Made by a program: the position numbers and the translations under genes. Under the pieces are notes generated by a model, which had not been told where the DNA came from, did not search any database, and saw only the letters and a list, made by a program, of their open reading frames with translations. 47,726 nucleotides of DNA, from contig CAIWCD010000002.1 of assembly GCA_903911145.1 (NCBI GenBank), positions 186,001 through 233,726 on the forward strand. The letters run 5' to 3'. Shown here piece by piece: positions 29,436 to 37,665 of this stretch (position 1 is the first letter of the stretch; each line of letters starts with the position of its first letter). The DNA comes from an uncultured delta proteobacterium. GTDB taxonomy: Bacteria > Myxococcota > Myxococcia > Myxococcales > 40CM-4-68-19.

Positions 29436-29697
29436 TCGCTGCGTCCGCCTTTTCCTTCGCTCCCAGCGCCAGAATCGTGCGCAGGAAGAGATAGAAGCCC
29501 AACGAGATCCCCGAGAGAGAGCCGGCCAGGAGGCACCACGGCGCCGTGCCCAGCTTGCGATCCAGGAAGTATCCGACCACCGTCCAGAGGCCGACCGAAC
29601 TGGTCAGCAGCGAGCTTGCGGAGAGATACGGCCCCGCTTTGCGATACGCCTCGGCGACTGTCGAACTCTTGCGGCCTCCCTGATCTCCCTCGAGCAT
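29404..29697 (-). CDS. AtpZ/AtpI family small membrane protein
   Basis: GYFLDRKLGTAPW motif between two TM helices; first gene of the atp operon. Confidence 0.85.
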   Translation of the reverse strand: MLEGDQGGRKSSTVAEAYRKAGPYLSASSLLTSSVGLWTVVGYFLDRKLGTAPWCLLAGSLSGISLGFYLFLRTILALGAKEKADAANGSGDVRHER

Positions 29698-29829
29698 TCG
29701 TTCCTGTTCAAAAAGCGGCCCCCTCTAGCACGCAAGACGCCTCTGCGGCAAGCGCGGGTAAACGCACTGCGCAATCGAGTGGTGACACGGGTGCGACAGG
29801 CGTCGTTTCGATCGCCGGAGCTCGGCTCG

Positions 29830-30633
29830 CTAGAAGAAGCTCTCGCTGCGCGCGCGGAACGCCTCTTGCGCCGCCTCGAGCTGGCCGTGCAGCGTCGCGA
29901 GCGACTCTTCAAAAGCCGCGCGGGTCAGTTGCATCACGACCAGCGGTGCCTCGGTCGTCACGGTCGCCGTGTGTGGCGCTTCGTCGACGAGCATCGTATC
30001 GCCGAGATAGTCGCCTGCGCGCAGCGGCACGGTTGCCGGTGCATCCGGCGGCGCGTCGGGCATCGGATCGAGATGCAGCTGCGCCACGCCTTCGCGGATG
30101 AAGACGAACGCCTCGGTGCGCTGCCCCTCCGTTGCGAGCGTCGTTCCCGCGGGCAGCTCGACGCGCTCGAATCGGTCCAGCAGCAGCGCACGCGCCTCAG
30201 GAATCAGCGCCTGGAAGAAATCGATGCGGTAGAGCGCGGCCGAGAGCACGCGCCGCAACCACGCCTCCTCGAGCGCCTGGCTCAAAAAGGCGAGCCGCGG
30301 CAACTCCGCGACCAGCCGCGCCCTCTCGAGAATGCCGACGCGCGAGACCACCGAGGCGCGCAGAGAGGCGGGCGAGAGTGTGTCGGAGACGAGCGCGCCC
30401 TCGCAGAAGACGCTGCCGGGCGAGAGCGTGCAGATGGGCGAGGAGTCAACAAGCACCTCGAGCGCGCCCGAGGCGAGCAGGACCATCCCGGCGATCGGCT
30501 GCCCGCGCACGACCACGTCCTGCCCGGCCTGCAGCTCGTGCTCCTGCACCAGCCCCGCGAGGGCTCGCAGCTCAACCGTAGGCACCTCCGCGAAGAGGAG
30601 CGCGTTCTGCAAGGCATCGATTCGTTCTTGCAT
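29830..30633 (-). CDS. Protein with two cyclic-nucleotide-binding domains
   Basis: Two CNB beta-rolls (LFAE...GQDVVVRG...SGALEV...PGSVFCE; FFQAL...GTTLATEG...EGVAQL...GDYLGD); GAAAGGAG SD before ATG 30633. Confidence 0.85.
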   Translation of the reverse strand: MQERIDALQNALLFAEVPTVELRALAGLVQEHELQAGQDVVVRGQPIAGMVLLASGALEVLVDSSPICTLSPGSVFCEGALVSDTLSPASLRASVVSRVGILERARLVAELPRLAFLSQALEEAWLRRVLSAALYRIDFFQALIPEARALLLDRFERVELPAGTTLATEGQRTEAFVFIREGVAQLHLDPMPDAPPDAPATVPLRAGDYLGDTMLVDEAPHTATVTTEAPLVVMQLTRAAFEESLATLHGQLEAAQEAFRARSESFF

Positions 30634-30770
30634 CAGACGCTCCTTTCTCCTGCGGCGCGAGAGGCCGACGTTGAGCATCGCGCAAACGGGGGCGTGACTT
30701 TACGCCGGGTGCACCATCTTGGGTATCGGTCGCGGGCGCAGTTCCGCTGCGAAAGAACGACGCGCAGCCC

Positions 30771-30798
30771 TTGACGCACCGGGTGTGCTGCTTACGTT
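30771..30798 (+). promoter_or_regulatory. Putative hsp20 promoter
   Basis: TTGACG-N16-TACGTT, preceded by CCC. Confidence 0.5.
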
Positions 30799-30929
30799 GG
30801 TTCGCGCTGCTGGACGGTGCTCGCGAATGGCGCGATCTCCGGGTTCCAGCCGCGCTCGACAACGAAGGCAGGCCGTGGCGATTGCATCCAATCGCAGGGC
30901 CGCGCTTTGCAATTCGAAGGAGACACACC

Positions 30930-31412
30930 ATGGCCATCATCCGTCAGGACCCATTCCGCGACCTGCTCCGCCTCGCCGGCTTCGATCCGGCCTACCGCTC
31001 GGAAAGTGGCGCCGATCTCGAGCGCGGCGAGCGGCTGGCGATGTCGATGTGGACGCCCGCGGTCGATATCTTCGAGGACGCCGAGGGCATTCTGCTCAAA
31101 GTCGAGCTGCCCGAGGTCGAGGCGAAGGACGTCGAGATCCAGTGCGAGGGAAACACGCTGACGCTTCGAGGAGAGCGCAAGCTTGAACGCGCCGAGCAGA
31201 GAGAGGCCTACACACGAGTGGAGCGGACGTACGGCGCCTTCAGCCGGAGCTTCACCCTGCCCTCGACGATCGACCTCGAGCACATCACCGCCGAGACGCG
31301 CAATGGCGTGTTGCGCGTGAATCTGCCCAAGCGGGCGGAGACGAAGCCGCGGCAGATCAAGGTGCAGGCGACGAGCGCCGACGCCCCCGTCCAGAACAAG
31401 ACCAAGCAGTAG
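30930..31412 (+). CDS. Hsp20/alpha-crystallin small heat-shock protein
   Basis: PAVDIFE, ELPEV, LTLRGER, ERTYGAFSRSFTLP and NGVLRVNLPK; GAAGGAG SD. Confidence 0.95.
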   Translation: MAIIRQDPFRDLLRLAGFDPAYRSESGADLERGERLAMSMWTPAVDIFEDAEGILLKVELPEVEAKDVEIQCEGNTLTLRGERKLERAEQREAYTRVERTYGAFSRSFTLPSTIDLEHITAETRNGVLRVNLPKRAETKPRQIKVQATSADAPVQNKTKQ

Positions 31413-31424
31413 CGGTGGAGTCAG

Positions 31425-31466
31425 GATCGTCGCGAGATGCACATCTCGCGACGATCAAATTTTTTT
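31425..31466. terminator. Intrinsic terminator between convergent hsp20 and bactofilin
   Basis: Perfect 15-bp inverted repeat GATCGTCGCGAGATG / CATCTCGCGACGATC followed by AAATTTTTTT. Confidence 0.8.
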
Positions 31467-31474
31467 CGCGCGCG

Positions 31475-31882
31475 CTACTTCTTGCTGCTGGCGCCTGCGG
31501 GCGGCGCACTCGGCGACGTGCCCGTGTCCATCTTGCAGGTACCGTCGAAGAAGACGCCCCGCTCGATCATGATCGACGCCGTGGTGAGCGCGCCGCGGAC
31601 CTTTGCGGGCGAGCGCAGTTCGATCGACTTGATGGCCTTGGCGTTGCCGTTGTAGTCGCCGACGATCACCAGCGTGCCGACCTGGATCTCGCCCTTGACC
31701 TCGGCTCCTTCGCCGATGATCAGCGTGTCCGTCGAGATGATCTCGCCGGTGAACTTGCCGTCGATGCGGACGTTCCCCTCGAAGAGGAGCTTGCCCTCGA
31801 ACGAGGAGCCCTTGCCGAGAAGGGCGTTGAGCGGTTCCGACTTCTGCGACCCGGGGGCGGCGACTTCCTGGAGCATGGCCAT
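31475..31882 (-). CDS. Bactofilin (BacM-like)
   Basis: LGKGSSFEGKL, VRIDGKFTGEI, LIIGEGAEVKGEI and IERGVFFDGTCKM beta-helix. Confidence 0.95.
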   Translation of the reverse strand: MAMLQEVAAPGSQKSEPLNALLGKGSSFEGKLLFEGNVRIDGKFTGEIISTDTLIIGEGAEVKGEIQVGTLVIVGDYNGNAKAIKSIELRSPAKVRGALTTASIMIERGVFFDGTCKMDTGTSPSAPPAGASSKK

Positions 31883-31990
31883 CTTTGAGCTGACCTCACG
31901 AAGAGAAGAGTTGCGTTGTAGCAGATCGGCACGCGCAATCCAGATCGCATCGCGCGCGCATGCGCCGGTCGGGTGGTCCTTGTTCTCGCC

Positions 31991-33781
31991 TCAGACGAGA
32001 ATCGAGAGTCCCTTGAGGATCGAGAGCAGCAGCACGATGATCGCTTCGCCGGCGATGAAGCCGCTCGAGAGCGGCGTGTTGTACGCCTCTTCCTGCCTGG
32101 GATTCGCGCGCGCCCAGATCGCCTGCGTGATGCCACCGAGGACGAGCGGCATGATCGAGACGGCCGGAATCAGCATCCCGAGACCGATGCCGGTGGGGCT
32201 GGGGATGAAGCGGTGGTACTTCGGCTCGAGCAGGGTGATGACCACGCCGAGCACGAGCGCGACCAGCATCGCGGAGAAGCAGCCGCGCGGAAGTTGGCTG
32301 AATCCCGCGCGCAGGAGCTCAGCGAAGCCGGCCCACTTCACCGAGATCGGCGAGGAGAGCCCGCCGTCGCCGATTCCATAGCGCGCCTTGAGCAGCGGAT
32401 AGGCGATCGCCACCGAGGCCGCGCCGATCGGCACCGCCATCAGCTGCACCAGAGTGAGATTCCGGTTGTTCGAGCCGACCAGCTTGCCCGCGCGGAAATC
32501 CTGCATCAGGTGCTCGCCGTTCGTCGCGACCGTGCCGCTCATGCCCGAGCCGATCATGTTGACAACCATGTTGTGTGGCACGAGTCCCGCGAAGATGGCC
32601 TGCATGAAGTTCGCGAGCGCCGAGATCGGGGCCCAGTTCGTCTCGCCGAGGACGCGGATGCCGACGAGCATCAGCGGGAGCGAGAGCACAAGCGAGACGA
32701 GCGTCAGCCAGACGGGAAAATCGAGAGAGGCTTTCTGCACCACGCAGAGAGCCACAGTGAGGATCCCCGATCCCCAGAGGACGTGTTTGAGCGGAAGGTC
32801 GTCGCTGGCGATGCCGATGTCCTTCGAGGAGAAGGTCGCGAACGTCTTGACGATGAGCCGCCACTTGAGGAACAGCGCGGTCAGGCCCCCCGCCACCATC
32901 AGGCCCGTCGCAGGCCACATCACCCAGCGCAGCGTGTCGCGAAACGTCTCGGCCGCGATGATGCTGCGCTCGTGGAGCATCGCCGGCGCGATGAACCAGG
33001 AGAGCGCCATGCCGATCCCCATCGAGAGCGTCACACGTAGGCCGACGAGCATTCCGGAGCCGAACGAGAGGAGGCTCACCTCTGTTCCGCGGTGCATCGC
33101 CCGGCCGAGCTCGGAGAAATAGAAGTTGCCGGGGATCTTCTCGCGGAAGACCGCGACCGGGTTGCCTCGCCACATCCAGCTGCCGTTGAAATCGCGAACA
33201 AGGGCAAGGAGTCCAGAAGTCGACATTCCAAGAAAGAGTGCGCGCACTCGCGAGCGGGCCTGCGCGGGCTCGAGATCGAGCACCATCATCGTCTCGCCAG
33301 CGGCCGTCCCGTCGGCGAAGGTGAGGTTCTCCTCATCGATGAAATGCTTGCGCAGCGGCACGGCGAGCAGCACGCCGAGCATCCCCGCGACCGAGAGCCA
33401 CGCGAAGATCTGCCAGCGCCCGAGGTGAACGGCGAAGCCGAGTTCGGGGCGCTGGTTGAGCATGTCCATCGCCGCCAGCACAACGCACATGAAGCCTGCT
33501 TGCCCCGCCGCAGTCCCGGCCGTCTGGACGAGATTGTTCTCCCAGCGCGTCGCGCGCACGCCCGTGAAGAAGGCGATCAGCGTGAGCAGGATGTAGCCGA
33601 AGAAGGCACTCACCACCGAGATGTTCGGTCCGTAGCCGATCTTCAGGACGACGTACGGGTAGGTCGCGCCAATCACCGCGGCCACCAGTGCCGCCGTGAT
33701 CAGCGCGCGGGGCGTCAACTCTCGGCGCGGGCCGGATACGTCCGGTACGTTGGGTCGCGTCGCTGCAACGGGCTCAGCCAT
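31991..33781 (-). CDS. OPT/YSL family oligopeptide transporter
   Basis: ELTPRA, ENNLVQTAG, VPLRKHFI-x5-TFADGTAAG, GETNWAP, MQDFRAG and SGFIAGEA. Confidence 0.92.
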   Translation of the reverse strand: MAEPVAATRPNVPDVSGPRRELTPRALITAALVAAVIGATYPYVVLKIGYGPNISVVSAFFGYILLTLIAFFTGVRATRWENNLVQTAGTAAGQAGFMCVVLAAMDMLNQRPELGFAVHLGRWQIFAWLSVAGMLGVLLAVPLRKHFIDEENLTFADGTAAGETMMVLDLEPAQARSRVRALFLGMSTSGLLALVRDFNGSWMWRGNPVAVFREKIPGNFYFSELGRAMHRGTEVSLLSFGSGMLVGLRVTLSMGIGMALSWFIAPAMLHERSIIAAETFRDTLRWVMWPATGLMVAGGLTALFLKWRLIVKTFATFSSKDIGIASDDLPLKHVLWGSGILTVALCVVQKASLDFPVWLTLVSLVLSLPLMLVGIRVLGETNWAPISALANFMQAIFAGLVPHNMVVNMIGSGMSGTVATNGEHLMQDFRAGKLVGSNNRNLTLVQLMAVPIGAASVAIAYPLLKARYGIGDGGLSSPISVKWAGFAELLRAGFSQLPRGCFSAMLVALVLGVVITLLEPKYHRFIPSPTGIGLGMLIPAVSIMPLVLGGITQAIWARANPRQEEAYNTPLSSGFIAGEAIIVLLLSILKGLSILV

Positions 33782-33914
33782 GGTGTGCGGCTCTTTCCGG
33801 TTTGGGTCGGCGGGCGTGCAGCGCGCAGCAGGCCGTGGCGTGCCCGTGGTGACCCGCCCGCGCCGTGATGAGCGCGGCGCGTTCGTGGTTCTTGCGCTCG
33901 CTTCGTGGCGTTCG

Positions 33915-34799
33915 CTACTCGCCGAGAACCGCAGCCAGGATGCGGTCGAGGTCGGCGAGCGAGCCGTAGTGAACGACCAGCTCGCCCTTCCCTCCCCGAT
34001 CCTTGAGCTCGACCTTGCTTCCGAGCTTGCGCTGCAGCTTCTCGACGACGTGCCGCACCTGCACAGAGCTGGTCTCTCCCGCCGCCTTCTTGCCGCCCTG
34101 CTTGCTCTTGATCCGCTGCACGAGCTGCTCGGCCCCGCGAACCGAGAGCTGCTCGGCGATCACCTTCTCGGCCGCCTTCGCCAGATCCCCCTCGTCGGCG
34201 ATGCCGAGAAGCGCGCGCGCATGCCCCATCGAGAGCGTGCCCTCGACAATGGCCCGCTTGATCTTCTCCGGCAGACGCAGGAGCCGCAGCGAATTGGCCA
34301 CGGTCGAACGCTCCTTGCCCACGCGCTCGGCCAACTTCTCCTGCGTCAGGCCAAACTCCGACACCAGGCGCTGGTAGGCCTCGGCCTCTTCGATCGGGTT
34401 GAGCTCCTCGCGCTGGATGTTCTCGATCAGCGCCAGCTCGAACGCCTCGCTCTCGGTCACCTCTCGCACCAGCGCCGGGACCTCGCGCAGCCCCGCACGT
34501 TGCGAGGCGCGCCAGCGGCGCTCCCCTGCGATGATGATGTAGCCGACCTGCCCGTTGGGCGCGCGCCGCACGAGCAGAGGAAGCAGAACACCCTTGGCCT
34601 TGATCGAGTCGGCGAGCTCATCGAGCTGGGCCTCGGCAAAGTGACGCCGCGGCTGCAGTTTGTCGGCGACGATCTCCTCGATGCCCAGCTGAACGATGCC
34701 TCGGCGCTCGGCCGGAGACGCCCCGGGAATGAGCGAGCCCATCCCGCGCCCAAGTGCAGTTCCTGGCAACGGCCGCTTGTTCATCGACTTCAAGTCCAT
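33915..34799 (-). CDS. parB: Chromosome partitioning protein ParB
   Basis: ALGRG N-terminal peptide, QPRRHF, IAGERRWRA, ENIQREELNPIEEA and HTH with RSTVANSLRLL. Confidence 0.98.
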   Translation of the reverse strand: MDLKSMNKRPLPGTALGRGMGSLIPGASPAERRGIVQLGIEEIVADKLQPRRHFAEAQLDELADSIKAKGVLLPLLVRRAPNGQVGYIIIAGERRWRASQRAGLREVPALVREVTESEAFELALIENIQREELNPIEEAEAYQRLVSEFGLTQEKLAERVGKERSTVANSLRLLRLPEKIKRAIVEGTLSMGHARALLGIADEGDLAKAAEKVIAEQLSVRGAEQLVQRIKSKQGGKKAAGETSSVQVRHVVEKLQRKLGSKVELKDRGGKGELVVHYGSLADLDRILAAVLGE

Positions 34800-34996
34800 A
34801 CGTTTTCCTCTTCCGTGCGTCCGCCGTGGCGGGATCGTGGTGGTCCGCCTTGAGCCCCCCGGGTCCCCCGGATGACGCGTTTTGATACCCTGACTGGTTC
34901 GAATTGCGCCGCTTGGCCGCCGATTTGGTCTCATGCGCGAGGAGAGTTCAAGCGGCGTGCCGCCTCCTGCTTCCCTCGGCGCCGGCGCGCGCGCCC

Positions 34997-35839
34997 TCAC
35001 TCTGCGTCGTGTTTCCCTTTCTGTCCATGCGGCCTGTGCCCCTCCGCCTGCTGTGCCGTCGCGGCCTGCTTCTGGTGACGTGCGATCATCTCGACGGCGA
35101 GAGCCAGATAGCTCTGGGCCCCCTTTGATTCGATGTCGTAGAGCATCACCGGCTTGCCGTGGCTGGGTGCCTCCGAAAGCCGGACGTTGCGGGGAATGAC
35201 CGTCTCGTAGACCTGGCCCGGCAGGTTCTCCTGGACGTTGCCCGCGACCTGCCGCGCAAGGTTGTTGCGCGCGTCGAACATGGTCAGCACGACGCCATCG
35301 AGTTCCAGGTCGCGGTTGAGCCGCGCCCGCACAAGCTCAATCGTCTTCAGGAGAGAGGTCAGGCCTTCAAGCGCGTAGTATTCGCACTGGAGCGGAACAA
35401 GAACCCGATCCGCCGCCACGAGCGCGTTGATGGTGAGCAGCCCCAGCGAAGGTGCACAATCAATGATGATGTAGTCGAGTTCGCCACGCAGAGGCTGGAG
35501 CGCCGTGCGCAATCGGCTCTCCCGGCCCTCGACCTGGACGAGTTCGAGCTCCGCACCCACAAGGTCCGAGTCGGCGGGCAACACCCGCAAATGCTCGACC
35601 TCGGTATGCCGGAGCGCCGTGCGGGCATCGTGCTCGCCAAGCAGCGCATGATAGACGGAGGGAAGCGGGCTTGCTTCATCACGACGAATGCCCAGGCCGC
35701 TCGATGCGTTCCCCTGCGGATCGAAGTCGACGAGGAGAACCCTCTTCTCCTGCGCCGCGAGCGAGGCAGCGAGATTGACCGACGTGGTCGTCTTTCCCAC
35801 TCCTCCCTTCTGGTTCACGACAGCGATCACGATGGCCAT
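34997..35839 (-). CDS. parA: Chromosome partitioning ATPase ParA/Soj
   Basis: NQKGGVGKTT, DPQGNAS, QCEYYALEG and PRNVRLSEAPSHG; ATG at 35839. Confidence 0.98.
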   Translation of the reverse strand: MAIVIAVVNQKGGVGKTTTSVNLAASLAAQEKRVLLVDFDPQGNASSGLGIRRDEASPLPSVYHALLGEHDARTALRHTEVEHLRVLPADSDLVGAELELVQVEGRESRLRTALQPLRGELDYIIIDCAPSLGLLTINALVAADRVLVPLQCEYYALEGLTSLLKTIELVRARLNRDLELDGVVLTMFDARNNLARQVAGNVQENLPGQVYETVIPRNVRLSEAPSHGKPVMLYDIESKGAQSYLALAVEMIARHQKQAATAQQAEGHRPHGQKGKHDAE

Positions 35840-35942
35840 ATGCGAGTCCTGACGACGAGCCCATCTGCTGGGCGAGAGAGGCACGGGGATCGGCGGCGTA
35901 GCACGGTCGAGTCGAATCGATCAAGCGATCGAGGTTCCTCTC

Positions 35943-35958
35943 TGTTCCACGTGGAACT
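35943..35958. promoter_or_regulatory. parS site 1
   Basis: TGTTCCACGTGGAACT palindrome upstream of parA. Confidence 0.92.
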
Positions 35959-35981
35959 GGGACACCTTCGAAACCTGTCCA

Positions 35982-35997
35982 TGTTCCACGTGGAACA
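35982..35997. promoter_or_regulatory. parS site 2
   Basis: TGTTCCACGTGGAACA, a perfect 16-bp palindrome. Confidence 0.95.
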
Positions 35998-36234
35998 GCA
36001 GGCCGCAGCCTCCTCGCGCGTCGCTACCCGCACCCCCTGCCCTGTCACAGTTGTTCGGGCGGCCGCACGCGAGGAGTGCAGCCAGCACCCGGCGACCACG
36101 ATCGCATGAACGACTGGCCGGCAATCCGTGGCGACCTGCGACATCTCCACATCTGCCGTTGGTGGACACCCGCCGCCAATCGTTCCTCGCTGGGCATCAC
36201 AGCTCTGCTCGGGCCAACCGCTGGCCGTTGGCTG

Positions 36235-36867
36235 CTATGGCTCAAGCGCGTATTCGACGAGTTTTCGGGTCGCTCCACTGCTCGGAAGCTGGAACTCGGT
36301 CGAACGAACGCGGTGCAGTCGCCCTTCCCTGTCCGGCGCCTCATCGCGCGCCCCAAGCAGACAGAACGCCTTTCCCCCATCAGTAAGATACGGCTCAGCA
36401 AGCCTGAGCCAATCAGAGGGGGCCGCAAACGCACGCGCGACCGCTGCGGTGAATGCTGGCAGGCCTTCGCTCTTCGGCTGTCCCGCCAACCGAAGAGCAC
36501 GGGCCTGAATTCCTGGCAGCTTGAGTTCGGCCAGGGCCGACTTCAAGAAAGAGACCTTCTTTTGGACGGAGTCGACGAGCCACACCTCGATGTCCGGCCG
36601 CACGATCCGAACGGGGATGCCCGGAAAGCCTGCACCCGTGCCCGCATCAAGCAGCCGCCCAGCCGGGAGATGAGACGCGATCGCCAGTGAATCGAGAACG
36701 TGTTTCTCAACCACCTCGGCGGGCACAGTGATCGCCGTCAGGTTGATGCGCGCATTCCACTTCAGCAAGAGCGACACATGGCGCTCGATCTGTTCAATCT
36801 GCGCTGGCAGCAGCTGCAGGCCGAGTCCCGCTGCCCCGATCTGAATTTCTGATGCGAACTCACCCAT
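36235..36867 (-). CDS. rsmG: 16S rRNA m7G527 methyltransferase
   Basis: WNARINLTAI, HVLDSL, DAGTGAGFPGIP, DSVQKKVSFL and ARAFA. Confidence 0.96.
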   Translation of the reverse strand: MGEFASEIQIGAAGLGLQLLPAQIEQIERHVSLLLKWNARINLTAITVPAEVVEKHVLDSLAIASHLPAGRLLDAGTGAGFPGIPVRIVRPDIEVWLVDSVQKKVSFLKSALAELKLPGIQARALRLAGQPKSEGLPAFTAAVARAFAAPSDWLRLAEPYLTDGGKAFCLLGARDEAPDREGRLHRVRSTEFQLPSSGATRKLVEYALEP

Positions 36868-37188
36868 GCCCTTGGCTCCTCACGCCCACGAACAACAGCC
36901 GCACTTCGCAAGACACAGTCGATCGCTGTCCTTTCGCGAGTTCAATTCTCTGTCTCACTTCAGGTCTACCCCGCCCCGTGCGACCGCATCGGCTCGATCT
37001 GGTTGGCACGACCCGCCTCAAGATAGGCTATCACCGCGTCGTCAGCGTCGCCGCGATAGAGCGCGGCCGCCGCCAGTCCTCCTCCAGTTCCTCGGCCCGG
37101 CCACAGAGACGCTGGGGCATGTTCGGCAACCAGAACGGCCGTCGTTCCCTCCTGCTTTTCCGTTTCGACTGGCGAAGACACCCTCCGA

Positions 37189-37204
37189 TGTTCCACGTGG
37201 AACG
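37189..37204. promoter_or_regulatory. parS site 3
   Basis: TGTTCCACGTGGAACG in the yidC-rsmG gap. Confidence 0.92.
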
Positions 37205-37665
37205 TCACGGAATCCCGATCCCTTCGTGGAGTCCGATGCCCACGATGCATCTTCGTATCCCGGAGGAAGCCGGACGCCTTGTCTGCTGGTTACGCTCTCT
37301 TCTTCCGCCGCAGCGCTGCCCTGATGCATCCTCCGCGTGGCGCTGGACACCGCAGGCCGAACACTAAGCGCGGACGAGCAAAAAGAGCCGCTTCCATGCA
37401 CCACAAACGTGGCTCCTGAAAACGCCTTCCGCCCATAGAATCTCACCGGAGAGCACCGACTCAACTGCGGCGTCGTTCGTTATGGCGCCGGTGCCATCCC
37501 GTTGCGGCAGTCGGTGCGACTCAAGTTTGACACTAGAAGATTGGGCACACTCCAAGGCCCAGTGGTGTTGGCGCGCTCAGGACTCGTATCTTCGAGGACC
37601 TGCGCCTCTGCCTGAAAGGTCTTTTGTACCAGCGCGAACACGGCGAGGGGCCATCGGCTCTAAGT

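Noticed and set aside
30896..30911. Possible sigma54 GG-N10-GC element before hsp20
   Set aside because: Poor -24 match, and the implied start would fall inside the SD.
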